This document shows positions 37,131 through 48,020 of a stretch of DNA of 64,000 nt, piece by piece (position 1 is the stretch's first letter; every line of letters starts with the position of its first letter). The notes beneath the pieces are model-generated. The model was not told where the DNA came from. It saw only the letters and a list, made by a program, of their open reading frames with translations, and made no database searches. The position numbers and the translations under genes were made by a program. The stretch is from Gammaproteobacteria bacterium (GTDB taxonomy: Bacteria; Pseudomonadota; Gammaproteobacteria; Ga0077536), in the NCBI GenBank assembly GCA_021773835.1, contig JAJFJQ010000060.1, forward strand, positions 8,540-72,539. The letters run 5' to 3'.

Positions 37131-37514
37131 ATGAAACATTTCGCCGTTCAACCTAAGGGGCACGCCGTTCCAGTAATGCCTTATTCCCCCGCGGTCGTGG
37201 CTGACGGGGTCGTCTACGTCGCGGGCCTGGTCTCTATCGACGAAGAAAACCGGCTCGTTGGCGCTGATGATATCGGCGCACAAACGCGACAATTATTGAC
37301 CAATATGTCGCGATTATTGGAGGCCGCCGGCAGTTCGATGCGATCGGTGCTGAAGACCACCGTCTACCTCCCGAATCGGGATCACTATGTCGAGATGAAT
37401 GCGGTCTACGCAGAGTTCTTCTCAGATCCCCTACCAGCGCGCGCGACGCTACGGGTCGATCTCATCAATCCAAAATACCTAGTGGAAATCGACGCCTACG
37501 CACTTGTCGAATAA
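37131..37514 (+). CDS. RidA-family protein (YjgF/TdcF/RutC-like), with the catalytic Arg context PARATL present
   Basis: ATG at 37131 with a GGAGG RBS. 127 aa; chorismate-mutase-like fold signature. Confidence 0.8.
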   Translation: MKHFAVQPKGHAVPVMPYSPAVVADGVVYVAGLVSIDEENRLVGADDIGAQTRQLLTNMSRLLEAAGSSMRSVLKTTVYLPNRDHYVEMNAVYAEFFSDPLPARATLRVDLINPKYLVEIDAYALVE

Positions 37515-37520
37515 GCCTGA

Positions 37521-38391
37521 GATGAATTCACACACCGCCAATGTAGCGCCAGGTGAAATCGACTGGGAGGGCCAGTTTAACCCACGCGTAGCGGTGCCAA
37601 ACTTCGATCAGATAATGGATGAACGAAAACGGGCGTCAGCCCAGATCCGACAGCGCCGACCATGCCTTAGTGGCCTGCGTTATGGCGAGGCGGAACGCTC
37701 GACCCTGGACGCGTTCCCAGCAAAATCAGCAACGGCGACCCTGGTCTACATTCACGGTGGCTATTGGCGTTCGGGGCAGGCGCAGGACAATAGCGCGATC
37801 GCAGAGCATTTCTGCGCCGCCGGCGCGGCCGTATTTTTACCCAACTACTCACTGTGCCCGGACGCAACAGTCCCGCAAATCGTTGACCAAATTGCTCAGG
37901 CAATTGCTTGGGTCAAGACAGCCGGATGCGATTATGGCGCAAACCCAGATGCGCTATACCTCTGCGGCACCTCAGCCGGCGCGCATCTTGCCGCAATGCT
38001 GTTGGCATCGAATTCAGGCATCGCAGGCGCTTGTCTCATCAGCGGCATCTACGATCTCGCGCCCGTGCTCAAGGTGTCCGTCAACGCCGAAATCGGTTTA
38101 AACGAAGAAACTGCCGAGCGAATGAGTCCAATGGTCCATCCGCCAGCGGGTCATCCGCGATTGATAATGGCTGTTGGTGGGCTGGAGCCACCATTGTGGG
38201 TTCGGCAGACCCATGACTATGCGATCCAGTGTGAAGCGCGCGGGCTAGAATGTGACGTGCTGGAAATTCCGGATGCCAACCATTTTTCCGTCGTCGAAGC
38301 CTTGTATCGCGGCTCGGCACCGATTGCAGCGGCGATGACAGATGCCATGCGATTAACAGACCATCTGCCGCTGGACGAAACATTAATATGA
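37521..38391 (+). CDS. Alpha/beta hydrolase, esterase / arylformamidase-like (HGGYW ... GTSAGAHL)
   Basis: Motifs HGGYW and the nucleophile elbow G-T-S-A-G. Start uncertain: the first ATG is 37521, and the track calls a non-ATG start at 37504. Confidence 0.7.
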
Positions 38392-39383
38392 ATTCGATAG
38401 TAGTAGATCGAATGTGCCGGGGTGGACGCCTAACTGCGCTGTTGGCGTGCCTATGCGGTGTTCATATCGTATTTGCGCCCTCCGCGAATGCTAACGACGA
38501 CCAGCCGTTATGGAAACTACCGCCGGAAGTGATCCGCGACCAGGTCAGCCGCAGTGTAAGCGCCGGCGCCAGCCTCAAGCCAAGCGCCTGGCCAAATGGT
38601 GCCAAGGTCGCGGTATCGCTATCGTTTGATCTCGATACGGAGGCCTTGTGGCTCGGCTTCTACAAACAATCGAGCGCCTCCTATATCAGTCGCGGCGTCT
38701 ACGGCGCGCGAGTAGGTATGCCGCGCATCCTAAGCTTGTTGGATGAACACAAAATTCCGGCGACGTTTTTCACACCCGTCATGTCGATGGTGCTGCATCC
38801 CGATACCTTGCAACAGCTTTTGGCCCGCCCGCAACATGAACTTGCCTTTCATAGTTATGTACATGAGAGCGTCAATGAGTTCAAAGGTGACGAAGAACGT
38901 GAAACCTATGAGGCAGCACTGGCAAAATTTACTGAACTGACGGGCAAGCGTCCGGTTGGATTTCGATCCGGGGCGTGGGACTTATCGCCGCAGACACTCG
39001 GCATTGTTCAAGATCTAGGGTTTTTATATGACAGTAGCCTAATGGCGGACGATGACCCCTACATGATCGTTGCCGATGGGGTCGCCAGCGGCATCATTGA
39101 ATTACCGATTGAATGGATGCTAACGGACACGCCGTTTTTTCAGGGTCAGTGGGTCAATCGTCTCAGCCCGGTAAAAGCAACTGCGGAAGTATTTGCCATC
39201 TGGGCCGAGGAGTTCGACGCCGCCTACCGTGACGGTGGTATGTTTATTCTCGTGTTGCACCCGCAAGTCATCGGACGACGCCCGCGCATCGAATTATTAG
39301 ACCGTCTGATCACCCACATGAAGAGCAAGCCGGGCGGGGTGTGGTTCGCGACCCATGAGCAGATCGCTCGACATGTAAAATAA
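38388..39383 (+). CDS. Polysaccharide deacetylase (NodB-homology, PuuE-like), with N-terminal signal peptide
   Basis: 331 aa. ATGA start/stop overlap with the upstream gene. NodB-like motifs (SFDLDTE; HSYVHE). Confidence 0.7.
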   Translation: MNSIVVDRMCRGGRLTALLACLCGVHIVFAPSANANDDQPLWKLPPEVIRDQVSRSVSAGASLKPSAWPNGAKVAVSLSFDLDTEALWLGFYKQSSASYISRGVYGARVGMPRILSLLDEHKIPATFFTPVMSMVLHPDTLQQLLARPQHELAFHSYVHESVNEFKGDEERETYEAALAKFTELTGKRPVGFRSGAWDLSPQTLGIVQDLGFLYDSSLMADDDPYMIVADGVASGIIELPIEWMLTDTPFFQGQWVNRLSPVKATAEVFAIWAEEFDAAYRDGGMFILVLHPQVIGRRPRIELLDRLITHMKSKPGGVWFATHEQIARHVK

Positions 39384-39445
39384 CGACTGTTTCAGACACA
39401 TAAGCAGTTTCGATACTCCACCAACTCAATAGGAACTCGTCAGCG

Positions 39446-40477
39446 ATGCCGACAAAGATAGATTTTGGACTATTTGATTGGATTGACCAGGCACCCGGCC
39501 CGCTCGCGGACTTGTACGAGTCGCGGTTGCAGCTTGTCGAACTCGCAGACAAAGCCGGGTTTTTCGGTTACCACCTGGCAGAGCATCACAGCACACCGTT
39601 AGGCATGGCGCCGTCGCCATCGGTGTTTTTCGCATCTCTGGCTCAGAGAACGAAAAACATCCGCTTCGGCCCGATGGCCTATTTGCTCCCACTTTATCAT
39701 CCCGTGCGTTTGATCGAGGAAGTCTGCATGCTCGACAACCTGTCGAATGGGCGCATGGAATTGGGCATTAGTCGTGGCGTTTCACCGTACGAAATATCCA
39801 GCTATAGCGTCGATCCAGAAAAAACGAGGGAGATGTTCGCCGAAGTCCTGGACATTTTCCGAGCGGGAATGTGCAACGAGATACTCGACTATGTCGGTAA
39901 ACATTATGAATTTCGTGACGTGCCAATGACGATTAAACCCGTGCAAACGCCTTACCCGCCGCTTTGGTATCCTTCTTTTAGTGAGGCTGGCGTTGAATAC
40001 GCCGCGCAACACGGCATGCATTTCTTAAGCCTTGGACCGCCATCCCTCGTCGCGCACCTAATGGGGCGATATCGCGAAATCGCTGCAGCCAGTCGCGACC
40101 GCGACGTCCGCTTTAATGGTCATGTTGCCGAGCCAAAACTCGGTGCCATGCGACAGATTTATATTGCAGAAACCGAACAAGCAGCTTTGGCTACCGCGAA
40201 GCCGGCATACCAACATTGGTACGGATCCATCACAAAACTTTGGCATCGGCATAACGATACCGCCTATGACGGCTTTTTCGCCTGGGATCCCTGCTTTTCT
40301 GGCGAGACCATACTGATCGGATCGGTAGAGAAAGTACGCGAGCAAATCCAGCAGCTGGTCTCTGCAAGCGGCATTAACTATTTTGTCGGATCTTTTGCGT
40401 GGGGTTCGTTGACGCCAGCGCAAAGCCAGCGGTCGCTTGAGCTTTTTGTTTCGGAAATCATGCCTGGATTACAATGA
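39446..40477 (+). CDS. LLM-class flavin-dependent monooxygenase/oxidoreductase
   Basis: 343 aa. Motifs LAEHHS, MELGISRG, PLWYPS. Confidence 0.8.
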   Translation: MPTKIDFGLFDWIDQAPGPLADLYESRLQLVELADKAGFFGYHLAEHHSTPLGMAPSPSVFFASLAQRTKNIRFGPMAYLLPLYHPVRLIEEVCMLDNLSNGRMELGISRGVSPYEISSYSVDPEKTREMFAEVLDIFRAGMCNEILDYVGKHYEFRDVPMTIKPVQTPYPPLWYPSFSEAGVEYAAQHGMHFLSLGPPSLVAHLMGRYREIAAASRDRDVRFNGHVAEPKLGAMRQIYIAETEQAALATAKPAYQHWYGSITKLWHRHNDTAYDGFFAWDPCFSGETILIGSVEKVREQIQQLVSASGINYFVGSFAWGSLTPAQSQRSLELFVSEIMPGLQ

Positions 40478-40586
40478 CGCAAGTAGGAGGCTCCAGGGCA
40501 TAGCCCCAAAGCTGTAGATTGACAGTTACCGTCAAAAGCACCAAAGTTTCGAAAAACACAATCATAAATCAAGTAAATCAGGCATC

Positions 40587-41810
40587 GTGAATCCAATTGA
40601 ACAGCAGCTGTCGGACTTCGCCGACAACCGGATCGATTTCGAAGGCCTAGGCGCCGCTGTGCGTTCTATCGCTGCGAAGGACGCCGCGGCGTCGTCTCGA
40701 CTTATGCACTACCTCTCGGAGGCACACGAGGAAGGCCTGGTCAACGCCGACCAGTGCCACAGTTTGCTATTGCAGGTAGTCGAGTCGGGAACCATGGAGG
40801 TCACCGACTCGACCGATGACGAGCAAACGCAAACGTTTGTGATGAGTCAAGATGATTCGGAAAAAACAGTTGGCGTTGGCAGCATCATCAAAGGCCGCTT
40901 CATTCTCGAAGAAAAACTCGGCGAAGGAGGAATGGGTGTCGTCTATCGAGCGCGAGATAAGGTTCGTGTCGAAGCCAAAGACCGTCATCCCCACGTTGCG
41001 ATTAAAGTTTTGAACGAGGATTTCAAACAGCATCCCGAATCGTTCATTGCACTACAACGCGAATGCAGAAAGGCGCAAAAGCTTGCCCATCCGAATATTG
41101 CCACCGTTTACGATTTCGATCGAACCGGGCGAATGGCCTATATGACGATGGAATTACTCGAGGGGCTGCCGCTAAATGCATTTTTGAAACAGCAAGTGCC
41201 GGAAGGTGGTCTATCATTCAAATCTGCTTGGCCAATCATTAAAGACTTAGGCGACGCACTGGCATATGCTCACAAAAATAACCTCGTGCACTCGGACTTT
41301 AAACCGGCTAATGCATTTATTTGCGACAACGGAACAGTCAAGGTCATCGACTTCGGCATAGCTCGCGCTGTGCGTAATCCTGAACAAGCCGATCAAACGA
41401 TGTTTGACGCAAGCACCCTGGGCGCTTTCACACCCGCATATGCGAGTCCAGAGATGCTCGAAGGCGAAGATCCCGATCCTCGCGATGATCTATTCGCCCT
41501 CGCGGTCGTCACCTACATGTTGCTTTCCGGCGAGCATCCGTTCAACCGTAATTCCGCTACCGTAGCGAAAGCGGCTCAAATGCGACCAGATCCGATACAG
41601 TCGCTAACGAAATTACAAAACCTTGCGCTATCGAACGCGCTGGATCTCGAACAAGAAAGCCGGACAGCTGACATCCCGACGTTTTTGTCAGCAATTTCCG
41701 ACGAGGATATGCTGCTACGCAAAGTCGAAGCACAAGCGCTGACAATAAAAATTCTGGCCGGGGGTCTTGCTATCTCACTTGGCGCGATCGGTTTTCTGTT
41801 AGCGCAGTAG
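40587..41810 (+). CDS. Ser/Thr protein kinase with ~100-aa unknown N-terminal domain and a C-terminal single TM anchor
   Basis: Hanks motifs GEGGMGVVY, VAIK, HSDFKPAN, DFGIA, ASPE. C-terminal ILAGGLAISLGAIGFLLAQ. GTG start. Confidence 0.8.
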   Translation: MNPIEQQLSDFADNRIDFEGLGAAVRSIAAKDAAASSRLMHYLSEAHEEGLVNADQCHSLLLQVVESGTMEVTDSTDDEQTQTFVMSQDDSEKTVGVGSIIKGRFILEEKLGEGGMGVVYRARDKVRVEAKDRHPHVAIKVLNEDFKQHPESFIALQRECRKAQKLAHPNIATVYDFDRTGRMAYMTMELLEGLPLNAFLKQQVPEGGLSFKSAWPIIKDLGDALAYAHKNNLVHSDFKPANAFICDNGTVKVIDFGIARAVRNPEQADQTMFDASTLGAFTPAYASPEMLEGEDPDPRDDLFALAVVTYMLLSGEHPFNRNSATVAKAAQMRPDPIQSLTKLQNLALSNALDLEQESRTADIPTFLSAISDEDMLLRKVEAQALTIKILAGGLAISLGAIGFLLAQ

Positions 41811-41863
41811 CAGGTGCCAAAACCCGTTGTTTACAGCCCCGGTTATGGGAAAACAATTTGGCG

Positions 41864-42970
41864 CTAATGATTCTTCGGGGTTAATCTGAGCAGCCGCCCA
41901 CGTCTGCCGTCTTCGAGCAACCAGATTGAGCCGTCCGGTCCTTGTTCGACTTCGCGGATCCGTTCACCCAGCGCAAATCGTTCGGCTTCTCGCGCCGTCT
42001 CTCCGTCGAATTCGACACGTATGAGTGACTCCGATTCCAAACCGCCGATGAAGCCATCGCCATCCCAATCAGAGAAGAGCTTGCCCGAATAGATCACAAA
42101 CCCAGCAGGTGCAATTGTTGGTATCCAAACGGCTTTTGGCGCCGTAAATTCCGGACGTGTCGCATGGTCGGGGATCTCGACGCCACTGTAGTGGTCGCCA
42201 TCAGACACGATCGGATAACCGTAGTTTTCACCCCGGATGACCAGGTTTAGCTCATCACCATGGCGTGCGCCCATCTCGTGGTTCCACAGCCGGCCATCCC
42301 CATCGAATGCAAGTCCCAGCAAATTTCGGTGACCGAGGGTCCAGACCTCCGCGGCAACACCACCGTGCGCGACAAACGGGTTGTCACTCGGAACCGATCC
42401 GTCGGCCTTGAGGCGCACGATCTTGCCGAGATTGGTCTGCATGTCTTGGGCCGGATCGAACTTTTGACGCTCGCCTGAGGTAATAAACAAATACCCGTCT
42501 GGCGAAAACGCAATGCGGTGTCCGTAATGGCCACGGCCGGTTACTTTTGGTACCTGCCGCCATATCACTTCGAAGTTCTTGAGGTGTGCACCGGCGGGAT
42601 CTAACTCAAGCATTCCTCGGGCCACGGCGGCGCCCCGCAATCCGCGCTCATCAGCCTCCGCGAAACTCAAGTACAGTAGTTTGTTTTCAACGAAATCCGG
42701 ATGCAAAACTACGTCACCTAGTCCGCCCTGCCCACCATAGGCAAGGTTTGGCACATCTTCGAATACAACGGTGCTGTTGCCATCGGCGGTCAGCAACAAT
42801 AGGCGGCCGGCCTTTTCAGTTACCAGCAAACGTCCGTCCGGCAGGAATGTCATCGCCCAGGGCTGTTTGAACGTCGTCACTGGTGTTGCATTGAACGGCC
42901 ACGCATCTGGGTCGGCCGCCACGCATGCTGTTAGGATCACGCCGAGCAGGAGCAGCACGGCACGTTGCAT
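41864..42970 (-). CDS. PQQ-dependent sugar (glucose/sorbosone) dehydrogenase, beta-propeller, probable lipoprotein
   Basis: Start [16 protein letters not shown] with lipobox LTAC. Soluble quinoprotein dehydrogenase motifs throughout. Confidence 0.8.
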   Translation of the reverse strand: MQRAVLLLLGVILTACVAADPDAWPFNATPVTTFKQPWAMTFLPDGRLLVTEKAGRLLLLTADGNSTVVFEDVPNLAYGGQGGLGDVVLHPDFVENKLLYLSFAEADERGLRGAAVARGMLELDPAGAHLKNFEVIWRQVPKVTGRGHYGHRIAFSPDGYLFITSGERQKFDPAQDMQTNLGKIVRLKADGSVPSDNPFVAHGGVAAEVWTLGHRNLLGLAFDGDGRLWNHEMGARHGDELNLVIRGENYGYPIVSDGDHYSGVEIPDHATRPEFTAPKAVWIPTIAPAGFVIYSGKLFSDWDGDGFIGGLESESLIRVEFDGETAREAERFALGERIREVEQGPDGSIWLLEDGRRGRLLRLTPKNH

Positions 42971-43026
42971 TACAAAATTGGTATTCACTCGTGACAAGGT
43001 CTAAGTATTGAGCGCCAGCATTAATC

Positions 43027-44736
43027 CTATCTCGAAGCGCTCTGGTGCGCGTCCACTCCAGTGTGCCGCTTCGAATTAGCGTCGGTCGTTCCTTCCTCCT
43101 TGAAAGCAAACCCGGCGTACCCCTGCGCTACAACATCGGCGCAGATGCCCCGGTACTTTGGCGCACCGCCGACATAAACCATACAACACCGAGGCTTACC
43201 CGGGATGTTCGTGCCCATGTAGTACGATTCCGCTGCGGGCACAATGGTCTTGTCCGCTTCTTCCTTCGTGTGGACGACCCACTTGCGTTCCGCATCGAGT
43301 TCGGGGTCACACGTTTCAAGCCCATGCTCACGCATGTAGGCAATCAGATCCGTGGCAAAATCAACGTGATCTTCGATTGCACTCGGCATGTTGTACCAAA
43401 CCGAAGGGCTTTGCGGACCCGTGATAATGAACAGGTTAGGAAACCCGTGGGAGGCGAAGCCCAAATAAGTTTGCGGGCCTGCTCGCCACTTATCCTGGAT
43501 CGTTTGACCGCCTCGACCACGCACATCGATGTTCATGAGCGGCCCGCTCATGGCGTCGAAACCGATGGCCATAATAATGGCGTCGACCTCGAACTCGCGA
43601 TCTTGCGTTCTCAACCCGTTCGCGGTCGCTTCTATAATCGGTGTCTTCTTAGCGTCGATAAGCTCGACATTGTCGCGGTTAAAAGTTTCATAGTAATTCG
43701 TCTCACACGGCACGCGTTTCGCGCCGTATGGATGAGACGTCGGAGTCAATATGTCTGCAACCTTCGGATCATTGACCCGTTCCCGGATCTTACGGCGAAC
43801 GAACTCCGAGACAAACTTGTTCGCTTCCAGGTCCGTCAGCACATCCAGATAACTACCGTACGGAAGACGAAAGCTGCCGCCCGCGTAACGCTCTTCGAAA
43901 ACCTGTTCTCGGTCCTCCTCGGAATCAGCGAATACAGACGGGCGGATCTCGAACTCCAGCTCGTAGGGAATGCCGGCATAGGTTTCGCGCGAATATCGCC
44001 GCAGTTCTGGGTACTTCGCTTTGATGGCCGCAGATTCCTCCGGGTCGATCGGGCGATTCTGCAATGGCGTTGCGTAGTTCGCCGTTCGCTGAAAGACAGT
44101 CAGACGCGCAGCCTGCTCCGCAATCAGCGGGATCGCTTGAATGGCGCTTGCGCCCGTACCCACAATCGCGACCCGTTTGTCGGTGAAATCGACCGGCTCA
44201 TGGGGCCACCGGCTAGTCGAATACACCTCGCCCGTAAAATCCGAAAGGCCTGGGAAGTTCGGCTCTTGGGGCAACGACAGGTTGCCGAGTCCGGAGATCA
44301 GAAACTGTGCTTCCACACATTTACCGTCACTCGTCTCAATCTTCCAGCGTCTGATGTCCTCGTCAAAAATAGCAGCGTTCACACGCGTATTGCACTGGAT
44401 ATCCCGTCGCAGGTCGAAGCGATCAGCGACATGGTTAAGGTAGCGTAGTATCTCTGGCTGATCTGAGAATTGTTCCTTCCACGTCCACTCTCGCTGCAGA
44501 TCCTCGTCAAATGAATAGGAATACCAATAGCTCTCGATATCGCAACGCGCCCCCGGATAACGGTTCCAGTACCAAGTGCCGCCGACGTCTTCGGCCGCAT
44601 CAAATGCCCGGACCTTGAGGCCCAGGTCGTCGCGCAGACGATGAAGCGTGTAGAGACCCGAAAAGCCTGCGCCGATGATGACGGCGTCAAAGTTTTCGTG
44701 CGCCGTATTGCTAGCTGTCGCACCCATCCTTTTCAC
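43027..44736 (-). CDS. Type I Baeyer-Villiger (flavin-containing) monooxygenase
   Basis: 569 aa. FAD fold GAGFSG, motif GGTWYWNRYPGARCD, second Rossmann GTGASA. Fingerprint reads FTGEVYSTSRWP (Ser at the usual His position). Confidence 0.85.
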   Translation of the reverse strand: MKRMGATASNTAHENFDAVIIGAGFSGLYTLHRLRDDLGLKVRAFDAAEDVGGTWYWNRYPGARCDIESYWYSYSFDEDLQREWTWKEQFSDQPEILRYLNHVADRFDLRRDIQCNTRVNAAIFDEDIRRWKIETSDGKCVEAQFLISGLGNLSLPQEPNFPGLSDFTGEVYSTSRWPHEPVDFTDKRVAIVGTGASAIQAIPLIAEQAARLTVFQRTANYATPLQNRPIDPEESAAIKAKYPELRRYSRETYAGIPYELEFEIRPSVFADSEEDREQVFEERYAGGSFRLPYGSYLDVLTDLEANKFVSEFVRRKIRERVNDPKVADILTPTSHPYGAKRVPCETNYYETFNRDNVELIDAKKTPIIEATANGLRTQDREFEVDAIIMAIGFDAMSGPLMNIDVRGRGGQTIQDKWRAGPQTYLGFASHGFPNLFIITGPQSPSVWYNMPSAIEDHVDFATDLIAYMREHGLETCDPELDAERKWVVHTKEEADKTIVPAAESYYMGTNIPGKPRCCMVYVGGAPKYRGICADVVAQGYAGFAFKEEGTTDANSKRHTGVDAHQSASR

Positions 44737-45184
44737 TCCTGATCTACTTCATGTGCTATGAGATGCTCATTGCCATTCTTTCTTAGGTTCTCACAGATCT
44801 CATCAACAATATTGACAGCTTACGCCGAGCGACGGCTGGGTGGAAATCCGCTGCAACAGGGCCCGGGCATTATTGGTGACAGCGCAACGTCAAGCGGACC
44901 GCCTTCGCGTTCAATGCCGCTAAGTCCGATGGAATGCTAGTAAAAACGGACTATGTGCTAGGCCGCAAAATGCAGTGTCGATGACGCGCCGAAAGTCGCG
45001 CGAACGACAGTTTCCAGGCTCCTTCAAGTTACAAACCAACGAAGGTACCCAGGCGGGCTGGTGGTGCCCCAACTGGAGTCCATTGACGGGCGCTAGTGTG
45101 CGCGCGACCATGCAGTCATGAGTACCTCGATTGCGTAATTCGCCACAGCCACGAAATAATTCGAACCCAACGGACGATTACACC

Positions 45185-46357
45185 ATGCCAAAAATCACTC
45201 GAGAAGACCTGCTCGTACGCGCAAAGGAGATGATCCCAACCTTACGCGAGCGTGCGGAAGAAACGGAAGCACTACGGCGCATCCCAGACCAAACCATCCG
45301 TGACCTCGTCGATGGCGGCTTTATACGCGCGACGCTACCGGCTCGTTATGGCGGCGCCGAGCTCGACTATCGCAGCATTATGGAGATCATCGGTATGATC
45401 TCGCGCGGCTGCGCCTCGACCGGATGGGTTTTGTGCAACTTGATGAGTTGCACCTTTAAGCTCGCCTTTTGGCCGGCTCAGGCACAGGACGAAATCTGGG
45501 GCGAATCGGTCGACACTTTATTCACCGGCAACCTGATTTTCCCCGCAGGGCGGGCGCAACGTGTGGACGGCGGCTATGTATTGCGCGGCCGCTGGCCTTT
45601 CGGCAGTGGCATCGAGCATGCCGCCTGGAACTTTTTCGCCGGCATGGTCGCGGACAGCGAAGCACCCGAGTTTCGCATCTTCCTATTGCCGAAATCGGAC
45701 TTTACGATACTTGATACCTGGCGCGCCTCCGGCCTGCGCGGCACTGGCAGCCAAGACGCGGAGGTAGAAGACGTTTTCGTGCCCGAGTACCGCACGCTCA
45801 ACGCTGCAGATACGCGCGAGGGCAATAGCCCTGGTAGTCAAGTCAACCCGGCACCGGTTTATCGCCTGCCGCTATTCGCGATGTTCTTTACATGGGTCGG
45901 TGCGGTGGAACTCGGGATCGCCGAAGCCGCTGTCGAAGACTATATCGACGCAGCGCGCATACGGGCTGCGAGCTACAGTGGGCAAAAGCTGTCAGAACTA
46001 ACAACAGTTCAGGTCAAGATCGCCGAAGCGCGTGCTTTGGTGAGCGCGGCGCGACGATTTTACTTGGACAACTGCGACCACGCGATGGCGATCGCGCGTG
46101 ATGGTGGACTGCCTTCGATGGAGGAGCGCGCACGCTATCGAGCTGAAGGTGCCTTAGGAGCGCAGTTCTGCTGCAAAGCCGTTGACCTCCTAGCTGCGGC
46201 GAGCGGTGGTGGCGGGATCTATGACCGTAATCCTCTGTCGCGCGCCTTTCGCGACATCCACGCCGGGCGTGCCCACATCACGCAAACTTGGGAACCCAAC
46301 GCCACTACCTACGGCCGAGTCGCGCTCGGTCTCGAAAGCGACAATCCGTTGCTTTAA
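45185..46357 (+). CDS. Acyl-CoA-dehydrogenase-fold flavin-dependent monooxygenase, oxygenase component (HsaA/C2-HpaH-like, group D)
   Basis: ATG at 45185 (MPKITREDLL...). ACAD N/M/C domain pattern without the catalytic Glu context. About 390 aa. Confidence 0.7.
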   Translation: MPKITREDLLVRAKEMIPTLRERAEETEALRRIPDQTIRDLVDGGFIRATLPARYGGAELDYRSIMEIIGMISRGCASTGWVLCNLMSCTFKLAFWPAQAQDEIWGESVDTLFTGNLIFPAGRAQRVDGGYVLRGRWPFGSGIEHAAWNFFAGMVADSEAPEFRIFLLPKSDFTILDTWRASGLRGTGSQDAEVEDVFVPEYRTLNAADTREGNSPGSQVNPAPVYRLPLFAMFFTWVGAVELGIAEAAVEDYIDAARIRAASYSGQKLSELTTVQVKIAEARALVSAARRFYLDNCDHAMAIARDGGLPSMEERARYRAEGALGAQFCCKAVDLLAAASGGGGIYDRNPLSRAFRDIHAGRAHITQTWEPNATTYGRVALGLESDNPLL

Positions 46358-46484
46358 GACTCACGTCGCTGAATTCTTGCGGACGATCGTCTCACCCTCG
46401 ACGGGGATCTGGGTTCAGACCAACTAGCAAGGGTCGAGCGTTCCAAATAACGTAGCCCGCGGTTAGAAGACGGTACTCGTTTCC

Positions 46485-47267
46485 CTAGAGTAAGCCCGTA
46501 ACGAAGCAAAGCGCGGTAAGCAACAACCCGATACCGATGAGATGTCGCCAGATACGCGGCCACGGCAACAATTTTTCGATTGTAACGAGCACTGCAACCG
46601 CTGCTACCCAGCGCAGATCCATCACCGCAACGGCGAACAGTAGGCCCATCAGCGCCGCGCAACAGCCGACACAAAATAGCCCGTGACGCAGACCCATGAC
46701 CACAGCGCCTAGGGTACCGTCACGCCATTCGGTCAGCACGAAACCCATCGGCGTGCGGCAGCGGTTCAAGCAAACATCTTTCAAGGGCGTCCATTGATAC
46801 AGGCCGGCTGCAGCGAACAGCACTGCAGAGAGCATTGGAGAAGCGGATTCCATCATTGGTGTCAGCCAGCCAAGGGATTCAAATACCCAGTGCAAGGCCG
46901 TGGCCGCGACGCTGAATAGTGACCAGGCCACGAGATACCCAAAGAGAAATACCGAGGTTCCCACATGCGCATCCCCGGCATCGCGTCGACGCCGATTGAT
47001 GGTTGCGAAAGCCGTGATCATAGGACTTGCGGCGGGCACCATCATTGCGATCATCATCACGACCCACATCAAGTAGACCATGCCAAAGTCTGCAATGCGC
47101 CACGGTGATGTCGATTGCATGCCGGTCATCGCGCCCATGTCCGCCATGCTGCTCGCCTGCCAGGCCATGAACATCCAGGCGAGGACGCAAACTGTACTGA
47201 GACCTAGCCCAATGACGAACCGATCCAGTGGGCTCAAACCGACACGAGCGTCGAGCGGGAAGTTCAT
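46485..47267 (-). CDS. DUF2182-family predicted metal-binding integral membrane protein
   Basis: 260 aa, 6-7 TMS with conserved Met/His/Cys-rich segments. Sits 20 nt downstream of the DUF1326 gene. Confidence 0.65.
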   Translation of the reverse strand: MNFPLDARVGLSPLDRFVIGLGLSTVCVLAWMFMAWQASSMADMGAMTGMQSTSPWRIADFGMVYLMWVVMMIAMMVPAASPMITAFATINRRRRDAGDAHVGTSVFLFGYLVAWSLFSVAATALHWVFESLGWLTPMMESASPMLSAVLFAAAGLYQWTPLKDVCLNRCRTPMGFVLTEWRDGTLGAVVMGLRHGLFCVGCCAALMGLLFAVAVMDLRWVAAVAVLVTIEKLLPWPRIWRHLIGIGLLLTALCFVTGLL

Positions 47268-47287
47268 CGTATCCGCCCAATAAAAAG

Positions 47288-47972
47288 TTAATTGAGCGGC
47301 TTACGCCAAGTGAAGGCTTCCGGTCCGCGTGTGTCGAAGGGGATCCACTTAGCCGAGCGATCAGTCCAATCCCAATTGCGACCGAAGGCACCGGTCACGA
47401 CATTGCGTAATGCACGCCCAAGCGTAATAAAGCCAGGGGTCATTTCTGGGCGCGGCGCGTTGTAGATCCGGCACGTATCGTCCTCCGGCACCATGTACAT
47501 CCGGTGCGGCCCACCGAGACCTTCGACCAAGCCCGGCACCTCGACTTTCCATTGTTCTGCGTTGTGGGAGATGTGCATCGGAACGAATTCAACCCCGTCA
47601 ACCTTGATGGTCAGATCCGCCCACGCCTTAAACGCACCACCAGCCTTGCCCGTGAAAATGATCTCAAGCGCTTCACGTTGCGCCGGGTTGGCACGCTCGT
47701 CGATTAGAAAACCGAACTCACGGTTTTTCTTGAACACACTGCCTTCGTAATGGGCGATTAAGATCACCCCCAATTCGCCGTCTAGTGAGACGTCACCGTA
47801 GTGCCCTTCTCGGATCAACCAGGTCAGTACACCCTCGCAGTAGCCAAGCGTCGGTTCAGAGCCAAACACGCATGGGCAGCCGATCGCACAATTGCAGAGG
47901 TCCCACCAATCACCCTTCATACGCCATTGGGTAGCCTCGGACTTGTCGGTGTTTGCGGTTTCGGTCGCCATT
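47288..47972 (-). CDS. DUF1326-family protein with Cys cluster CNCAIGCPC
   Basis: Start MATETANT at 47972. About 228 aa. Typical partner of DUF2182. Confidence 0.65.
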
Positions 47973-48020
47973 AAGGTCTCCTTGGGAATATGCGGGGCCG
48001 GAAACGGCCGCTCGTTACAG

